A stretch of DNA of 64,000 bases, from NCBI GenBank assembly GCA_013239625.1, contig MU055600.1, positions 9,612,738-9,676,737 on the forward strand, given 5' to 3'. Each line of letters begins with the position of its first letter. The first letter of the stretch is position 1. This document shows, in pieces, positions 13,598 to 24,835 of this stretch. This DNA is from Lama guanicoe. Taxonomy: Eukaryota. A program made the translations under genes and the position numbers. The notes below the pieces were generated by a model that ran no database searches, was not told where the DNA came from, and was given only the letters and a program-made list of their open reading frames with translations.

Positions 13598-15384
13598 CTG
13601 GAAACAACATAGGACATTGGATTTTTAGTAGCTGGAGGGCAGGGGTTTGTCCATTCCCCTCCTGGGAAGAAACCTGGTGCCTGTAGTTAACACAATGCTG
13701 ATTCCCAGGAAATAAGCTCATAATCGGGGTTTAAAGACCAAGAGGCTAATTTCACAGCAGCCAGGACTGACTCCTCCTTCCCTCAGCGTGCTGATCCTTG
13801 TAGAAACAGATTCCAGCTTTCTGACCCCCGCGTCCCATCCGCCAGCCAGTGATTTCAAACTTTGTTTAGCTCAGAGCTTCCTCAGAGATCAGTGTGGACG
13901 GCGGAGGGAGGAAGCTGTGAGGTGGAAGGCCTGACAAAGGCCCTCGCCTCTAAGGTTTCCTCGAAAAAATGGCCTCGCAGCTAAAACACACAGAGGGGAA
14001 ATCATTGTCCCAATTGCATTAACTTTGTAAATTAGCCTCTGCCATAGCCCATCCGAAATCAGGCAGACAATGTAATTAAGGTTCCTTGCTCTTTCTATCC
14101 TTTGATTTTAGATTGGGAAAAAGTGTGTATTTGCAAAGAAACATGAACATTTTGGCTTCTAGAAGGCATTTGTGTCCTTCTCGCAGGGAGCTGAAGGGAG
14201 CATTGAGGGCTAAGGGGGACTACAGCTGTGGGATGGCAGTTAGTCAGCAGAAGACTTAGGACCCATCCAGAATCAGGACCTGGTAAAGGATCACCAAGCC
14301 CCAGGGTAGGGTGGGCATCTGGTGGCTGCGGAAATGTCACAGCTCGGCCCCTGTGGGAGTGGGAGGCCCTGGTGTGAGAAGGAAGCAACAGAAGGCCACT
14401 TGCCCTGGGGCCTGGAAGACAAACAGAAGAGCAATGGTCACAAGTGGTGTCAGTGAATGTGGACTTTCTGGATCAGAAAAGATAGTGAAAACAGACCACA
14501 CCCAAGGGACTCTGAATAGGGCACTACCATGGGGACACAGCCAGGTTGGAGGGTGAATGATGAACTGTGAAAGGGACGGTCACTTTCTGCAGGACGAGCA
14601 GCCTGGGCAGGTGAGCTCACACATGTCTTCAGCCTTCCTCACCCTCCCCATGAGGTCAGAAGGCAAACAGAGCCAAACATCCACTTGCTTTAAATGACAC
14701 AGTTTAGTAACCTCGATAGACAAGACACGAGGCAATGAGGGAATGAGTGTGACGTTCACGTGCCATTCTCAGGGTAGTGAAAATCTAGACAGGAGGTTGG
14801 TTTGCATTCCCTCGGCCAGGTACCTGGGCTTTTCTGGTTATATAGGCCAGACTCACCTCACCTGTAGATCATGCTGCTATTGGGAAAGCCTCCCTAGCCA
14901 GGATCTTCCTTTTGCCTCCACAACCCCGATTCACTGAAATACACCGGGCAACTTGGGCTGACAGCACTGCAGGAAGGTGAATGTGCAAAACCTGCATCTA
15001 GGGGACCCATCAAACCTCCATCAGTCAGTGGCATACATTAGAGATGATGGACTCGTGGCATTTAAAGGGCCCTAGATATCAGCTGCTTCCACCTGCTCAT
15101 TTCTGGAGTGGGAAAAACTGAGGCCCAGCCCTGTCTGGGAGTCAGCACACATTCACACATCTTAAATGACAGAAGCTAGAGTTAAATTGGACCTCAGCAA
15201 TCTCTTGGTGCTGGACCCAAAGCTCAATGTCAATGACTCTTGGGCCATGGTCTCTCAGCCAGCAGTCAAGCCCCACTCCAACTTCAACAAGCACCACCTC
15301 TCATTCTTTTCAAAATTTGGAGGTTTCACCAAAACCACGTTTGATTAAATGATTCTCCTGTTGAGCATAATGTTGGCAGTTATC

Positions 15385-15510
15385 TAAGAGAGATTTCCCA
15401 TTTTACAGGTGAGAAAACTGAGGCTCAGAACAGAAAACCAATTTGCCAAAGATCATGCAAGAAGTATCCTGAGCTCCAGACTCGAGAGGATACTTTCCTG
15501 TCCAACACAC
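15385..15510 (-). mobile_element. MIR SINE core
   Basis: cccattttacaggtgagaaaactgaggctcagaa. Confidence 0.7.
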
Positions 15511-17269
15511 CTGCTTGAATTAATTTATCAACTGAATTAGTCACGAGGCAGGTCCCCAAAGGAATGGTGGGCACAGACATTAAAAGATGTGAAAGTGCAG
15601 AGGAGAGGGTCAGCAAAGGCAAGGAGTGTGGGTTGCCAACAGAGTGGCTGGGCCGGGCAAGGATGCCAGGCTTACAGGGCAGGTCAAGGCCAGAAGGAAA
15701 GTGGAATGTCCGCTGGCCCACTGCTGATTCTCACCAGCTCTGATCTCGTGGGTTCTCCACTTCTGCTCTGGCTGCCTTCTCAGAAGAGCTACCCAACCAC
15801 ACAGGCACAGGCTGCTGTGTGTCCACCTCCAACCAGCACAAAGATGTCTGCAAAGCCTTCTTGCTATGGGAGGAAGAGGGCAGAGTGTCATGGTGAGTGC
15901 GAGCCTCCTTGGGTGACCTCGCTCATGAGCTGCATGGGCCCGGACGTGGACATAGGACGACTGCCAGTGACTTATTTATTTTCGTGAAGAATAAGAAGGA
16001 AAAAAGAAAGGGAACCCAGCATGGGTGGGATGAGAGAATACAAAGATTTATGTGAATGCTGGATTTATGAGAGGGAAAAGTAGATCAAATTTGGGGCCAG
16101 CCAAATGGCCTCTCTCCATCTCTGTAAATCATTCTCCTGCACCATCCAGACAGCCAATGACAGCCATTGGATATGTCCATAGTCAGCTCTCAAGCAGTGC
16201 CAGGCAGCGTCCCCAGGACTGGCAACCTCCACTGCAGGGCAGAGGTGAGTTCTGCATTTGGGAGATGGGGCACAAAGGAACTGCTGTCTCTTTCAGTCTT
16301 TCCACATAGTTTAGTCTTCATAATGGGCTTTCCAGCTCCTGAGTTCAGCCTGAAGTTCCCATGCCATTGGCAAGGGGTCTATTGTGACAACTGGGGTCTA
16401 GAGCTGCAAATGACCCATGTCCCCAGGGATTGGTGCAACTGGGTCAGAGATGTTAGAGAAGAATCTTGAGGAGGAAAACCAGCCCAGAGACTCTCATGCC
16501 CCTCTCAGTGAAGTTCACACTCAACATCTTCTTCGGAGCTGCGAAACTTCAAAACGGGTCACCAGTCAGTGACATGGGACAGGACTGGTGTTCCCTGTGG
16601 CTGCCAACTGTTGCTGCAGGGAGCTGGGGCTTGCCAAGGGGGCTCTGAAGCCAGGGAGGTTCCTGGCCAGGCCCTTCACATGGTATCCAGAGAGCAAAGA
16701 GAAGATGTGGGATTTGCCCTTCTATCTCCTTCTTATTCATCCAAATTTTGAAGACATTGCCCTTTCTGGTCTCCCTTCTACATACATCAGGTCTCAGGTC
16801 CACCTCCCAGCTCTGGGTTTCAATGGGGATGTTTAGTCAGACGGGAGGGAAGCAGTCTAGTTGGCAAGAATATTCAAATTTCTCCACAGCTCCCAACTCC
16901 GTCAGTCATTTCATGTTATCTTGTCCAGTCTGGGCATCTTGTCCAGTCTGCCTCCCATTTCCCTTTTCTTTTATTGGGGGCAGATATTTTGTGGATATTC
17001 AGTTTCAGATTTTATTAATATACTGAAACCCATTTTTATTACAGGTGCAGAGATACACACATTTCTGAACAGGCAAACTCTCGAGTGTTCAAACACACGT
17101 ACACACACACCAAACAATCCTTTTCAAGTAGGAAAATCACCTTTCTCTTAGTCTCTCAAAATCCACTGTCACTTCTCCCTGTTGAGATTCCCAGACAACT
17201 TTATGAGGGAGGAAGATGGGCAGTTATCACATACCCAAGTGCCCTTCTCTCATCTGTCTTCCTTGCTTA

Positions 17270-17500
17270 AAACTGGCCAGTGGCTTTCCACTGTTTTTAG
17301 GATAAAGTCCAAACTCCTTAACACAGTCATGAGCTCTAAATGTCTACTCTTCCCATCTCTCTCTGCCTCTTCTCCTCTATACACTCCCTCCCTCTCATCC
17401 ATTACAGTTTTGTCTCACAGGTTTTTCTGTTCTTTGTACCTTCCAAGCTTTTGCCTACCTCAGGGCCTTTGCACATGCTGTTCTTTTGGCCAGAAACACT
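17270..17500 (+). mobile_element. L2 fragment
   Basis: cagtggctttccactgtttttaggataaagtccaaactccttaac...cctacctcagggcctttgcacatgctgttc. Confidence 0.75.
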
Positions 17501-17589
17501 CTCAACTAAGGCATGTGTATGCAATGGACTGGCCATATTAGCTGGCATTGTCCATCACTTCTGCAGAGCTGAGTGACTGGTGTCCATTA

Positions 17590-17970
17590 TACTCTGAACA
17601 TTCAGTGCTGGTTGGATACCCAGAGAGATACTTCTGCCCTAAAGAGGAGCTTACTAAGAGTCAGTTGTGATTGTTCTCAAATTCACTTATAACAGTTAAG
17701 CCTGTTAATGTCATCCCTTAATAGAATGAAATGTCATAGAAACCAATGTAACATGAGAGCAAAAAGTGGGGTGCTTTTATGGAAACTAGGAATGAATACT
17801 TTAGAAAGACTTGCTAAAGGTCAGTAGCTAAAAAGTGTTAAGAGGGGGAGGAAAATCTACTTTAAAAACTGAAAAAATAGTAAAAACCTGAGATTCTGCA
17901 CTTAGTTCATTTCACAAATGCTTTAAGTTCCAGCTCCAACTTAAAGTAACTGAAACTGGACGCCATGAAC
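17590..17970 (+). mobile_element. Tigger-family (Tigger13-like) DNA transposon fragment with decayed transposase N-terminus
   Basis: atgagagcaaaaag...atggaaactaggaatgaatactttagaaagacttgctaaaggtcagtagctaaaa...ttaaagtaactgaaactgg resembles the degraded CENP-B/Tigger HTH start (MSAKRK..SMETKLNALERLDKGES...STLKKPKLE). Confidence 0.6.
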
Positions 17971-17974
17971 ACCC

Positions 17975-18430
17975 AAAACTAAAACAAAACAACCCTCCAG
18001 ATGAAAAGGAACCCAAGAGCTGAAGTTCAGACATACCAGAAGAAATACAATGCTAAATCCAAATGATTAAAATTATTAATAAGTAGCATGTAAATTTCCT
18101 GCTGATAAAATTAATTTTATAGGAATAGGCTGATAAAGATATTAGAGTAAGTAAATGCTCAAAGAGAGTAAAGAAAGAATTAGTTTTAAGAAAACCAAGG
18201 AGGTATGCAGAAAAAAAAAACCCAGAGAGAAATAAAATTAAGATAACAATAAAATTAAGAACCAATTAGATATCCTGGAAATAAATCATATGGTCACTGA
18301 CGTTGAGACAAAAACCTCCATTGGACAAACTCTACACTAGATAAAACCATAAGAATTCATAACTTTGAAAACATGCTGAGGTTCACTCAGAACAGAGCAT
18401 GGAGAGAGGGGGGAAACAGGAAAAGCAGTG
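17975..18430 (+). mobile_element. Old L1/HAL1 5'-ORF1-region fragment
   Basis: A-rich, L1 ORF1-like composition (gaaataaatcatatggtcactgacgttgag...). Confidence 0.4.
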
Positions 18431-18449
18431 ACGAGGGTCTCATTCCCTC

Positions 18450-18690
18450 ATCTGTGAAGGAAAGCGGCTGCCTAGATTTGAATGTGACTCTTCCACTGAT
18501 TCGCTGGGGGACCGTGGACCAATTGCTTCATCTCTCTCTGTGCCTCAGCATTCTCCTCTGTAAAATGGGGAGAGTGACAGCGCCTAGCTCTAAGGGTTCC
18601 TGTGAGAACAAACATTAATCTGCACACATCACTTACAGCCGAGCCTGCTGTATTGTGAGCACCCTAATAAGTGTTTCCTGTTAGATGGTA
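18450..18690 (+). mobile_element. MIR SINE
   Basis: ctctctgtgcctcagcattctcctctgtaaaatggggagagtgacagcgcctagctctaagggtt...gagcaccctaataagtgt. Confidence 0.8.
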
Positions 18691-18959
18691 TCACCATCGT
18701 CATCATCTCAATCATCATTCCTTCCTCCTCGTTAAATGTAGGCTCTAATAGTCTATGACTCTCCGACGTGAGCTACACGGGTCCACGTGTCTCCTTCATG
18801 CCCCCATTCCCAGTACATCATACAATGCCAGGAACATAGGAAATGCTCAATAAATACTTACAACAACAAGTAAATTAAGCATATTTTAAAGAATATGATA
18901 AATCCTTGAAAGAAAAATCTTTTATAACACACTGATTTATCACAAAGCTAACACTACTA

Positions 18960-19750
18960 CATTTTCAATGCAAGTAAAAAATTTTACCAATTCCCCAAAA
19001 ATGCCCCCACTCCATGTCCTGTTTCTCCAGTACCCCCCAACCCCAAAGGTAATCACTTTACTTTGATTCATGAAATTCATGCCCTTGCCTTTTGAAAATA
19101 GATTTTACTTCCTAAATATGAATCCTGAAACACTAGAGCTTAGTTTTATTTTTTTTTGAAATTTAAATAAATGGAATCATACATATCTATGCATATATAT
19201 TTTTCATTCAACATTGTATTTTTGAGATTCTTCCAAGTTTTTGCTTTGTAGCTGTAGTTCATTTGTTTTCCTTGTTGAAAAGCTTCCCACTGAATGAATA
19301 CATCACCTTCACTTATCCATGCTGCTACTGATGGACATTGGGGTCCAGCTTTTGGCTGTTATAAAGAATGCTTATGAACATTCTCGAACATATCTCTTTG
19401 TAAACAGGTAGACAGATAGATAGATAGATCGACTGATCGATCGATCTAGGCCTAGGAGGCAAGGGCTGGCTCACACAGATGCTCATGTTCTAAAATACTA
19501 AACAGTTTTTCAAAACAATTAAACCACTTTGCACTTCCACCAGAGTATATAGTTGCAATTGCTCCATATCCTTGACAGCACTTGGTTTTGTCATTGCTAT
19601 TTAGCCATTCTGCTTGGTATACAGTGGTATCTCATATGATTCAATTTGCATTTTTCTGATGACTAATTAGGTTGGACACTTTTCTCATACTCTCATCAGC
19701 TATTTGGCTTTCAGAGAAGACTCTTTTGAGATCTTTTGGGTAAATCTATT
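18960..19750 (-). mobile_element. Old L1 (L1M) 3' region fragment
   Basis: aaatggaatcataca...ttcattcaacattgtatttttgagattc...gatggacattggg...cacttccaccag...ccatatccttgacagcacttgg...ttagccattctg...tttgcatttttctgatgactaat. Confidence 0.8.
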
Positions 19751-20703
19751 GTTTGTCACATAACTATTTAAAAGTAGCACCACTTATTTAAAAATATCAT
19801 GAATCACGTGATTTTAATGTCACTCTTACACGACGCATGGCTACAAAGTGCGCTGTCTTGCCCGGCTCTGTGTTTCTTTCCTGCGTATTCTCTTATCTCC
19901 CCAACAGATTGCAAGTGTCTTCAGAGCAGAGGCTGGGATTTCTGTGCTTTGTTCCTACCATAGCAACTGCTGGGCAAAAAAAAAAACAAAAAAAAAACTT
20001 GCCAATTGCTTTAAAACCACCATTGTGGGAAAACTGAAGTTTGGGTTACACTTGGATGTGTTCTCTTGAAATCCGCAATTACCCTGCATAACCTGAGAAC
20101 AAACTTAAGAGTATGGAGCCTGTAAAAAGGCAGTAAAATCTAAAGAGGATGAGAAGCAGGAAGTGCCATTTCTTGGCTGTCCTGAGAGGGGATGAGCCTA
20201 TTCTCCAGGGTCTGGTCGCTGGGCGGCTCCCCTGGGTGGCAAATGGTGTCAACTCCCAGAGCACTCAACTCCTCAAGGTTCCCAGACCCAAGGAGGGGAA
20301 GACACCCTCTTAAAAGGATGAAAAAAGAGACATATTTTCTGCATTACCCAGCCTGGGTACTACTGCTTAACGCCAGACCACTCAACGGGAAGCGTTTCCC
20401 AGGGTTTAGACGATCAAATTCATTTCCTGCTCCAAGCGCAAAAATGTTCAGTTCATTCACCAGTCCCCAGACCGATGCTGGAGCACCTGGCGGATTAGTG
20501 TTATTCTATAAATGAAAAGTTTCAGGGCAGAATTAGAGGCCTCTCCACATCCCTGGTCCAAGCTGCTTGAAGACCACTCGCTTGTCTGTCCACTCCATGT
20601 CTATGGAGACACACCTGAGTAAGTTTATTCACAGGACATCCAGCAATAAGAATCATTAGCTTTTTAAGGGACAACACTCTAGTTCCTTATTTATTTTCTA
20701 GAG

Positions 20704-20916
20704 CAGAGGTCAACAGGCAACCCCTACTTTTGTAAAAAAAAAAAATATATATATATATATATATAGGAAGACAGCCACCACCCTCATTTGTTTACATACG
20801 GTTTAGGCTGCTTTCCCACTACACAGGCAGAGTTGAGTAGCTGTAAGGAAGAGTGGGTGGTCCTCAAAACCTAAAACTTTTACTCTGGCCTTTAGAGAAG
20901 AAGTTTGGCAGCCCTG
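20704..20916 (+). mobile_element. MER58A-like hAT-Charlie MITE
   Basis: Termini cagaggtc... and ...aagtttggcagccctg; internal ggcagagttgagtagctg; degenerate 8-bp TSD ttctagag / ttctagct; internal A/(TA)n expansion. Confidence 0.8.
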
Positions 20917-20994
20917 TTCTAGCTGGTCAAGGCAAAGCTGGCAAGTCACATGTCATACCTAAGTTCATTGGGTAATAGCAACATGAAGAATAAT

Positions 20995-21200
20995 GATGTT
21001 AATAAGAAAGAGCAACGACTCTTTACTAAACATTTACTGTATCCCAAGCAGTATAATAAACATTTTTTGTGTTATATAATTTAATCACCAAAATTTTAAG
21101 GGAGAGCTACTATATTTCCTATTATACAGATAAGGAAAGTGAGCCCCAAAGAGGTTACGTGTCTTGCACTAGGTCACACAGCTAATCAGTGATGGCCGGG
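20995..21200 (-). mobile_element. MIR SINE
   Basis: cctattatacagataaggaaagtgagccccaaagaggttacgtgtcttgcactaggtcacacagctaatcagtg. Confidence 0.8.
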
Positions 21201-22348
21201 CCCCCCGCCAGCTCTCTGGTTCCTACCCTCCGCCTGTGGCCCGCACAGCACTGCCCGCATCCATGAAGGGCACTGACTCTCTGCAGACACACAAGGCTGT
21301 GAACACAGAGACCCCAAAGTCACAGAAATACAGAACTGCCCCCATGAGGCAGTTTGGACCAGAGCCCTCAGAGCTAAGGATGGGACCTTTTGAGGCCCAG
21401 ATTAGAGCCCTCCCGGGGAAGGCATCTCCTGCTCCCAGCCCAGAACTCCGTGCAGAATTCACGCTGACCTCAGGGGCCTGCTCGCTGCACCCACACCCAC
21501 AGAGGCCACTCCACATACCCGAGCAGGGCTCCCCAGACCCGTGGGTACCCCAGCGAGGCTAGTGGACTATTGTTTGTGCCAATTGTGTTCAAAGATTTGT
21601 CCAGCCTGGACTGACAGAGATGCTCCCTGCCGGAGGAAGGGTGGGGAGGGTAACTGGTAGCAGCAAGGTGCTTCTCTACCGCCGCAGGCAGTCCGGCTCC
21701 AGCTGCGGGCCTGCACAGCTGGCTCAGCGCACAGAAGCCCCGTGGTTAACGAGTCATCTAAGCAGTAGCCAGGAGGCAGAAGCCCCCGGGCATGCTGCCC
21801 CTTGGGGTCTGAAGCCGGATCCCACGGAGGGGATCTAAGAATGTCCTCCGGCCTCCCTCTCTGGTTTCCATGTGCTCTGTACCTGAGACCCTGCCCATCT
21901 CCTTCTATTCCCAGGGATGTCTGGCTCCCAGGGCCTCCTGGAGCGACCCACCCCTCATGTAACTGTGCTCACGAGAAATGGTCAAATGACTTCCCAGGCA
22001 CGAACAACGCATCCTGCAAAGTCCCTGAGGAGGGAGGAGGGCCAGCTGGGGACAGGGGTGAGCCCAGGGCCCCCAGAATAAAACCAGAGTCCGCCACAGG
22101 CATAATGTGTCCCTCAAGCCGCACCGCGGGCACAGCCCCCTTAGGTGCCACGGCTCTCAACCTCCAAAGCCAAAGGAAGAGGATTTCGGTCCGGATGAGA
22201 CTTCGTTGACCTTGGAGTGAGGGCCCCGGACTGCATTTGAGCAGGTTAGTTTATACCATCTTCCAGAATGGAGTGAGTCTCTCCTTCCTGCTCCCTGGCC
22301 CCAGCCACCCATCTTCCTTCCTGGGGCCCACGTGCCTCTGAGAATTAC

Positions 22349-22479
22349 CTTCACGGCCACGAGCATCTTGTCCTTGGTGGGGCTGAGGTTGTAGCACTCG
22401 GCCAGGAAGACCTTTCCAAAGGCTCCCTCGCCCAGCTCTCGCTTCAACACGATGTCCCTCCTTTTAATGTGCTGCACAT
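22349..22479 (-). CDS. NTRK3: NTRK3/TrkC exon 15 (first kinase-domain exon): (Y)[43 protein letters not shown]
   Basis: Minus-strand acceptor cccctctgcag|ATGTGCAG (AG at 22481-22480) and donor GTGAAG|gtaatt (GT at 22348-22347). 131 bp, phase 1 start, phase 0 end. Encodes the Gly-rich loop GEGAFG and VAVK lysine; the [10 protein letters not shown] segment identifies TrkC rather than TrkA/B. Confidence 0.98.
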
Positions 22480-22939
22480 CTGCAGAGGGGGACAGAGGGG
22501 AGAGCAGCCAAGTCAGTCCTGGACTCCTGTCCTCCGTAGAGTTCTGCGTCCAAGTCCATGGAAGAGACAGGTGAGCTCTAGAACCTGATCTTGGGCAGGA
22601 AAGTGGGCATCACATGGTGGTTTGGGTGTCCCACTCAGAATCAAGTCTCAGCTCTGCCCCTGACTAGCCCTGAACCTCTCTTCACCACAGCTGCCACCGC
22701 TGCCACTCCTTTTCAGCTGGAAAACAGAGTCAGCACTCATTAACATGCAGGATACGGGCATAATTAGCTATAGTTGCTGGAGAGCGTACATCTACACAGT
22801 GTCAACAGTTTCTGTGCCCAGGAACCCCCTGGACCTCGCGCAGATCCTCATTCGGTGGGCTGGAGAATCTGCATCTTTCATACACTCTCAGGTAATGTCT
22901 GTGTGCTGTGGGTCCACAGACTGCACTGGGAATTCAAGA

Positions 22940-23115
22940 ATCAGGTTTGAATGCTGTTCCACCTCCCTGCTAGTTTTTGAGCTTGGGAAAGTTATTTCAC
23001 CCCAGAGCCTCATTTTGTCATCTGTAAAATGGGATTAACACCAATCAATACCTTACTCACTAAATTCTTGTGAAGATTAAATGAGATAATTCATATGAAG
23101 AGTTTCGCCCAGTGC
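22940..23115 (+). mobile_element. MIR SINE
   Basis: cttgggaaagttatttcaccccagagcctcattttgtcatctgtaaaatggga...tgtgaagattaaatgagataat. Confidence 0.8.
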
Positions 23116-23116
23116 A

Positions 23117-23147
<31 letters not shown>
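23117..23147 (+). repeat. (CA)n microsatellite
   Basis: About 15 CA units with one interruption. Confidence 0.95.
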
Positions 23148-23148
<1 letters not shown>

Positions 23149-24279
23149 GGACACATCACACTGGCTCTTGTTCTAACATAACAGCTATAATGTTCTTAGC
23201 ACAACATGTGGTTTGTGATAGAGATTACCGAGTGGTGGTTACAATTACCTGGGGGGAAACCTTTACTGGACAAATCCTTCTCCTCTGAAGGAGAGAAAAA
23301 CCAACGAAATTACAAAATCAAGTCCAGAACCAGGGTCTGTACAAAGAGAAGGGCTGCCTGGCCTTGGCTAATTTAGCAACCTAATTAAAGTCTGTCTGCT
23401 GGGAGAAAGCGAAGATGTGACCTCAGCCCTCCCATCTATTTGGAAAGAATGCTTCGAAGGAATTGTACAAGGAGTGGGCTGGGGATGAAAGGAGCGAGCT
23501 GGAGATTACTCACCAACCTTTCCATTCATCATTCCACAGGCAGAAGCCCATTAAATACCTGTATTAACATTATGAAGGGTCTCACGGAGACAGAAAGAAG
23601 CTTTTCTCAAATGACCTTGTCAAAAATGAAAGCTGAAGACGGAGGACCATGGCAGACTGTCCCTCTGAGTGAGGGGGCGTGAGACAGGATCAGAGGGGTG
23701 TGGCTGCAGGGCCTTGGTGAGTGTTCTGGCTGGCTTGGGGGTTCCTTTCTTAACAGACTACATACATATTTTACAATTTTTTTCTTTCCTATCAGTGTTT
23801 TTGGGAGTCCCACCGTATCCCAGGTGACCCGCTGGCCAGGATCAGTGGGAGGAAGCATTTGCCAACCATTATTCTCTCCTCCCAGAGAGACACACCTGCA
23901 GGCTTCCAGGCCACAGGGCTGCCAGAAAGCTCCACACGCCCCGGGCTTTACAAGAGAACTGAAAATCCGTTCCCTTTTCACATCCTCTGCTGCTATTTCC
24001 CAGCCTCTGGGGAATGGAATTTGTTAGTCTTAAAGGGGAAGGCTAAGGGTCTCCCACTGAGAGAAAATGCAAGGCCCAGACCTCTCCAGGGAGGCTATCT
24101 GCTCCTTGCCGCGTAATCAGTCATTCCCAGGTGACTACCGAAGGCACACGGCTTCCTGCAAGGTGAGCATGCTGACTCAGCCTCAGAGTGGAGACGGGGC
24201 TGGCGGTGGGCTGGAAGCTTTACAAGGCCACGCCTGTGCCTCTCAACAGGCTGGGACTGGTCAGGAATGGGAAGTCAAG

Positions 24280-24455
24280 GCCACTGGCTCAGGACCTGGG
24301 TCCTCCCCCACTGGGGGCTGGCATACCTCGCAAAACATCTTGAGCCTCCGTTTCCTCATCTGTACAATGGGTGTAGGAGGACAGTACAAGTTCCACTTAC
24401 CTGCTCCATGAGTTACTGTGTGTAAAGGTTTGTAAGCCTGTAAGTCCTCTGACAC
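24280..24455 (+). mobile_element. MIR SINE
   Basis: tgagcctccgtttcctcatctgtacaatggg. Confidence 0.7.
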
Positions 24456-24667
24456 GGTGTGTGTTTTGGTGTTTTTGTCATTACTGATATTTCACAAGGA
24501 GGGAAAATCAAGGGCCAAGTCAGGATCTCCAACTGGTGGCTGAGGTGGGACTAGAATATGGGGCATCAGGACAGGCTAGAGTGGCCAGGCTGCTTGAGGA
24601 AGAGGCCCCTTTGGTCCCAGCCCCCCCCCACCCCCGCCTCCCAATGCATTGCAATAGGACAAACCCC

Positions 24668-24835
24668 AGCTGCATCAGAATCACCCCGAGGGCTTATGAA
24701 CACCCATCCCTGGGCCCTTCTCGCAGAGGTTCCTGTTCAGCAGGTCCAGCCTGGAGCCTCAGAACTGGCCTGTCTAACGATTTCCCAGGTGATGTCGATA
24801 CTGAGGGTCTGGTACCCCTCCCTGAGAACCGCTGG
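24668..24835. mobile_element. MER5A-like hAT fragment
   Basis: gctgcatcagaatcacccgagggcttatgaac...ccctgggccc...tgtctaacgatttcccaggtgatgtcgatactg...tgagaaccgctg. Confidence 0.75.

Noticed and set aside
13215-13612. Plus-strand ORFs over exon 16 (and 10706-11183 over exon 17)
   Set aside because: Antisense shadows of NTRK3 coding exons.
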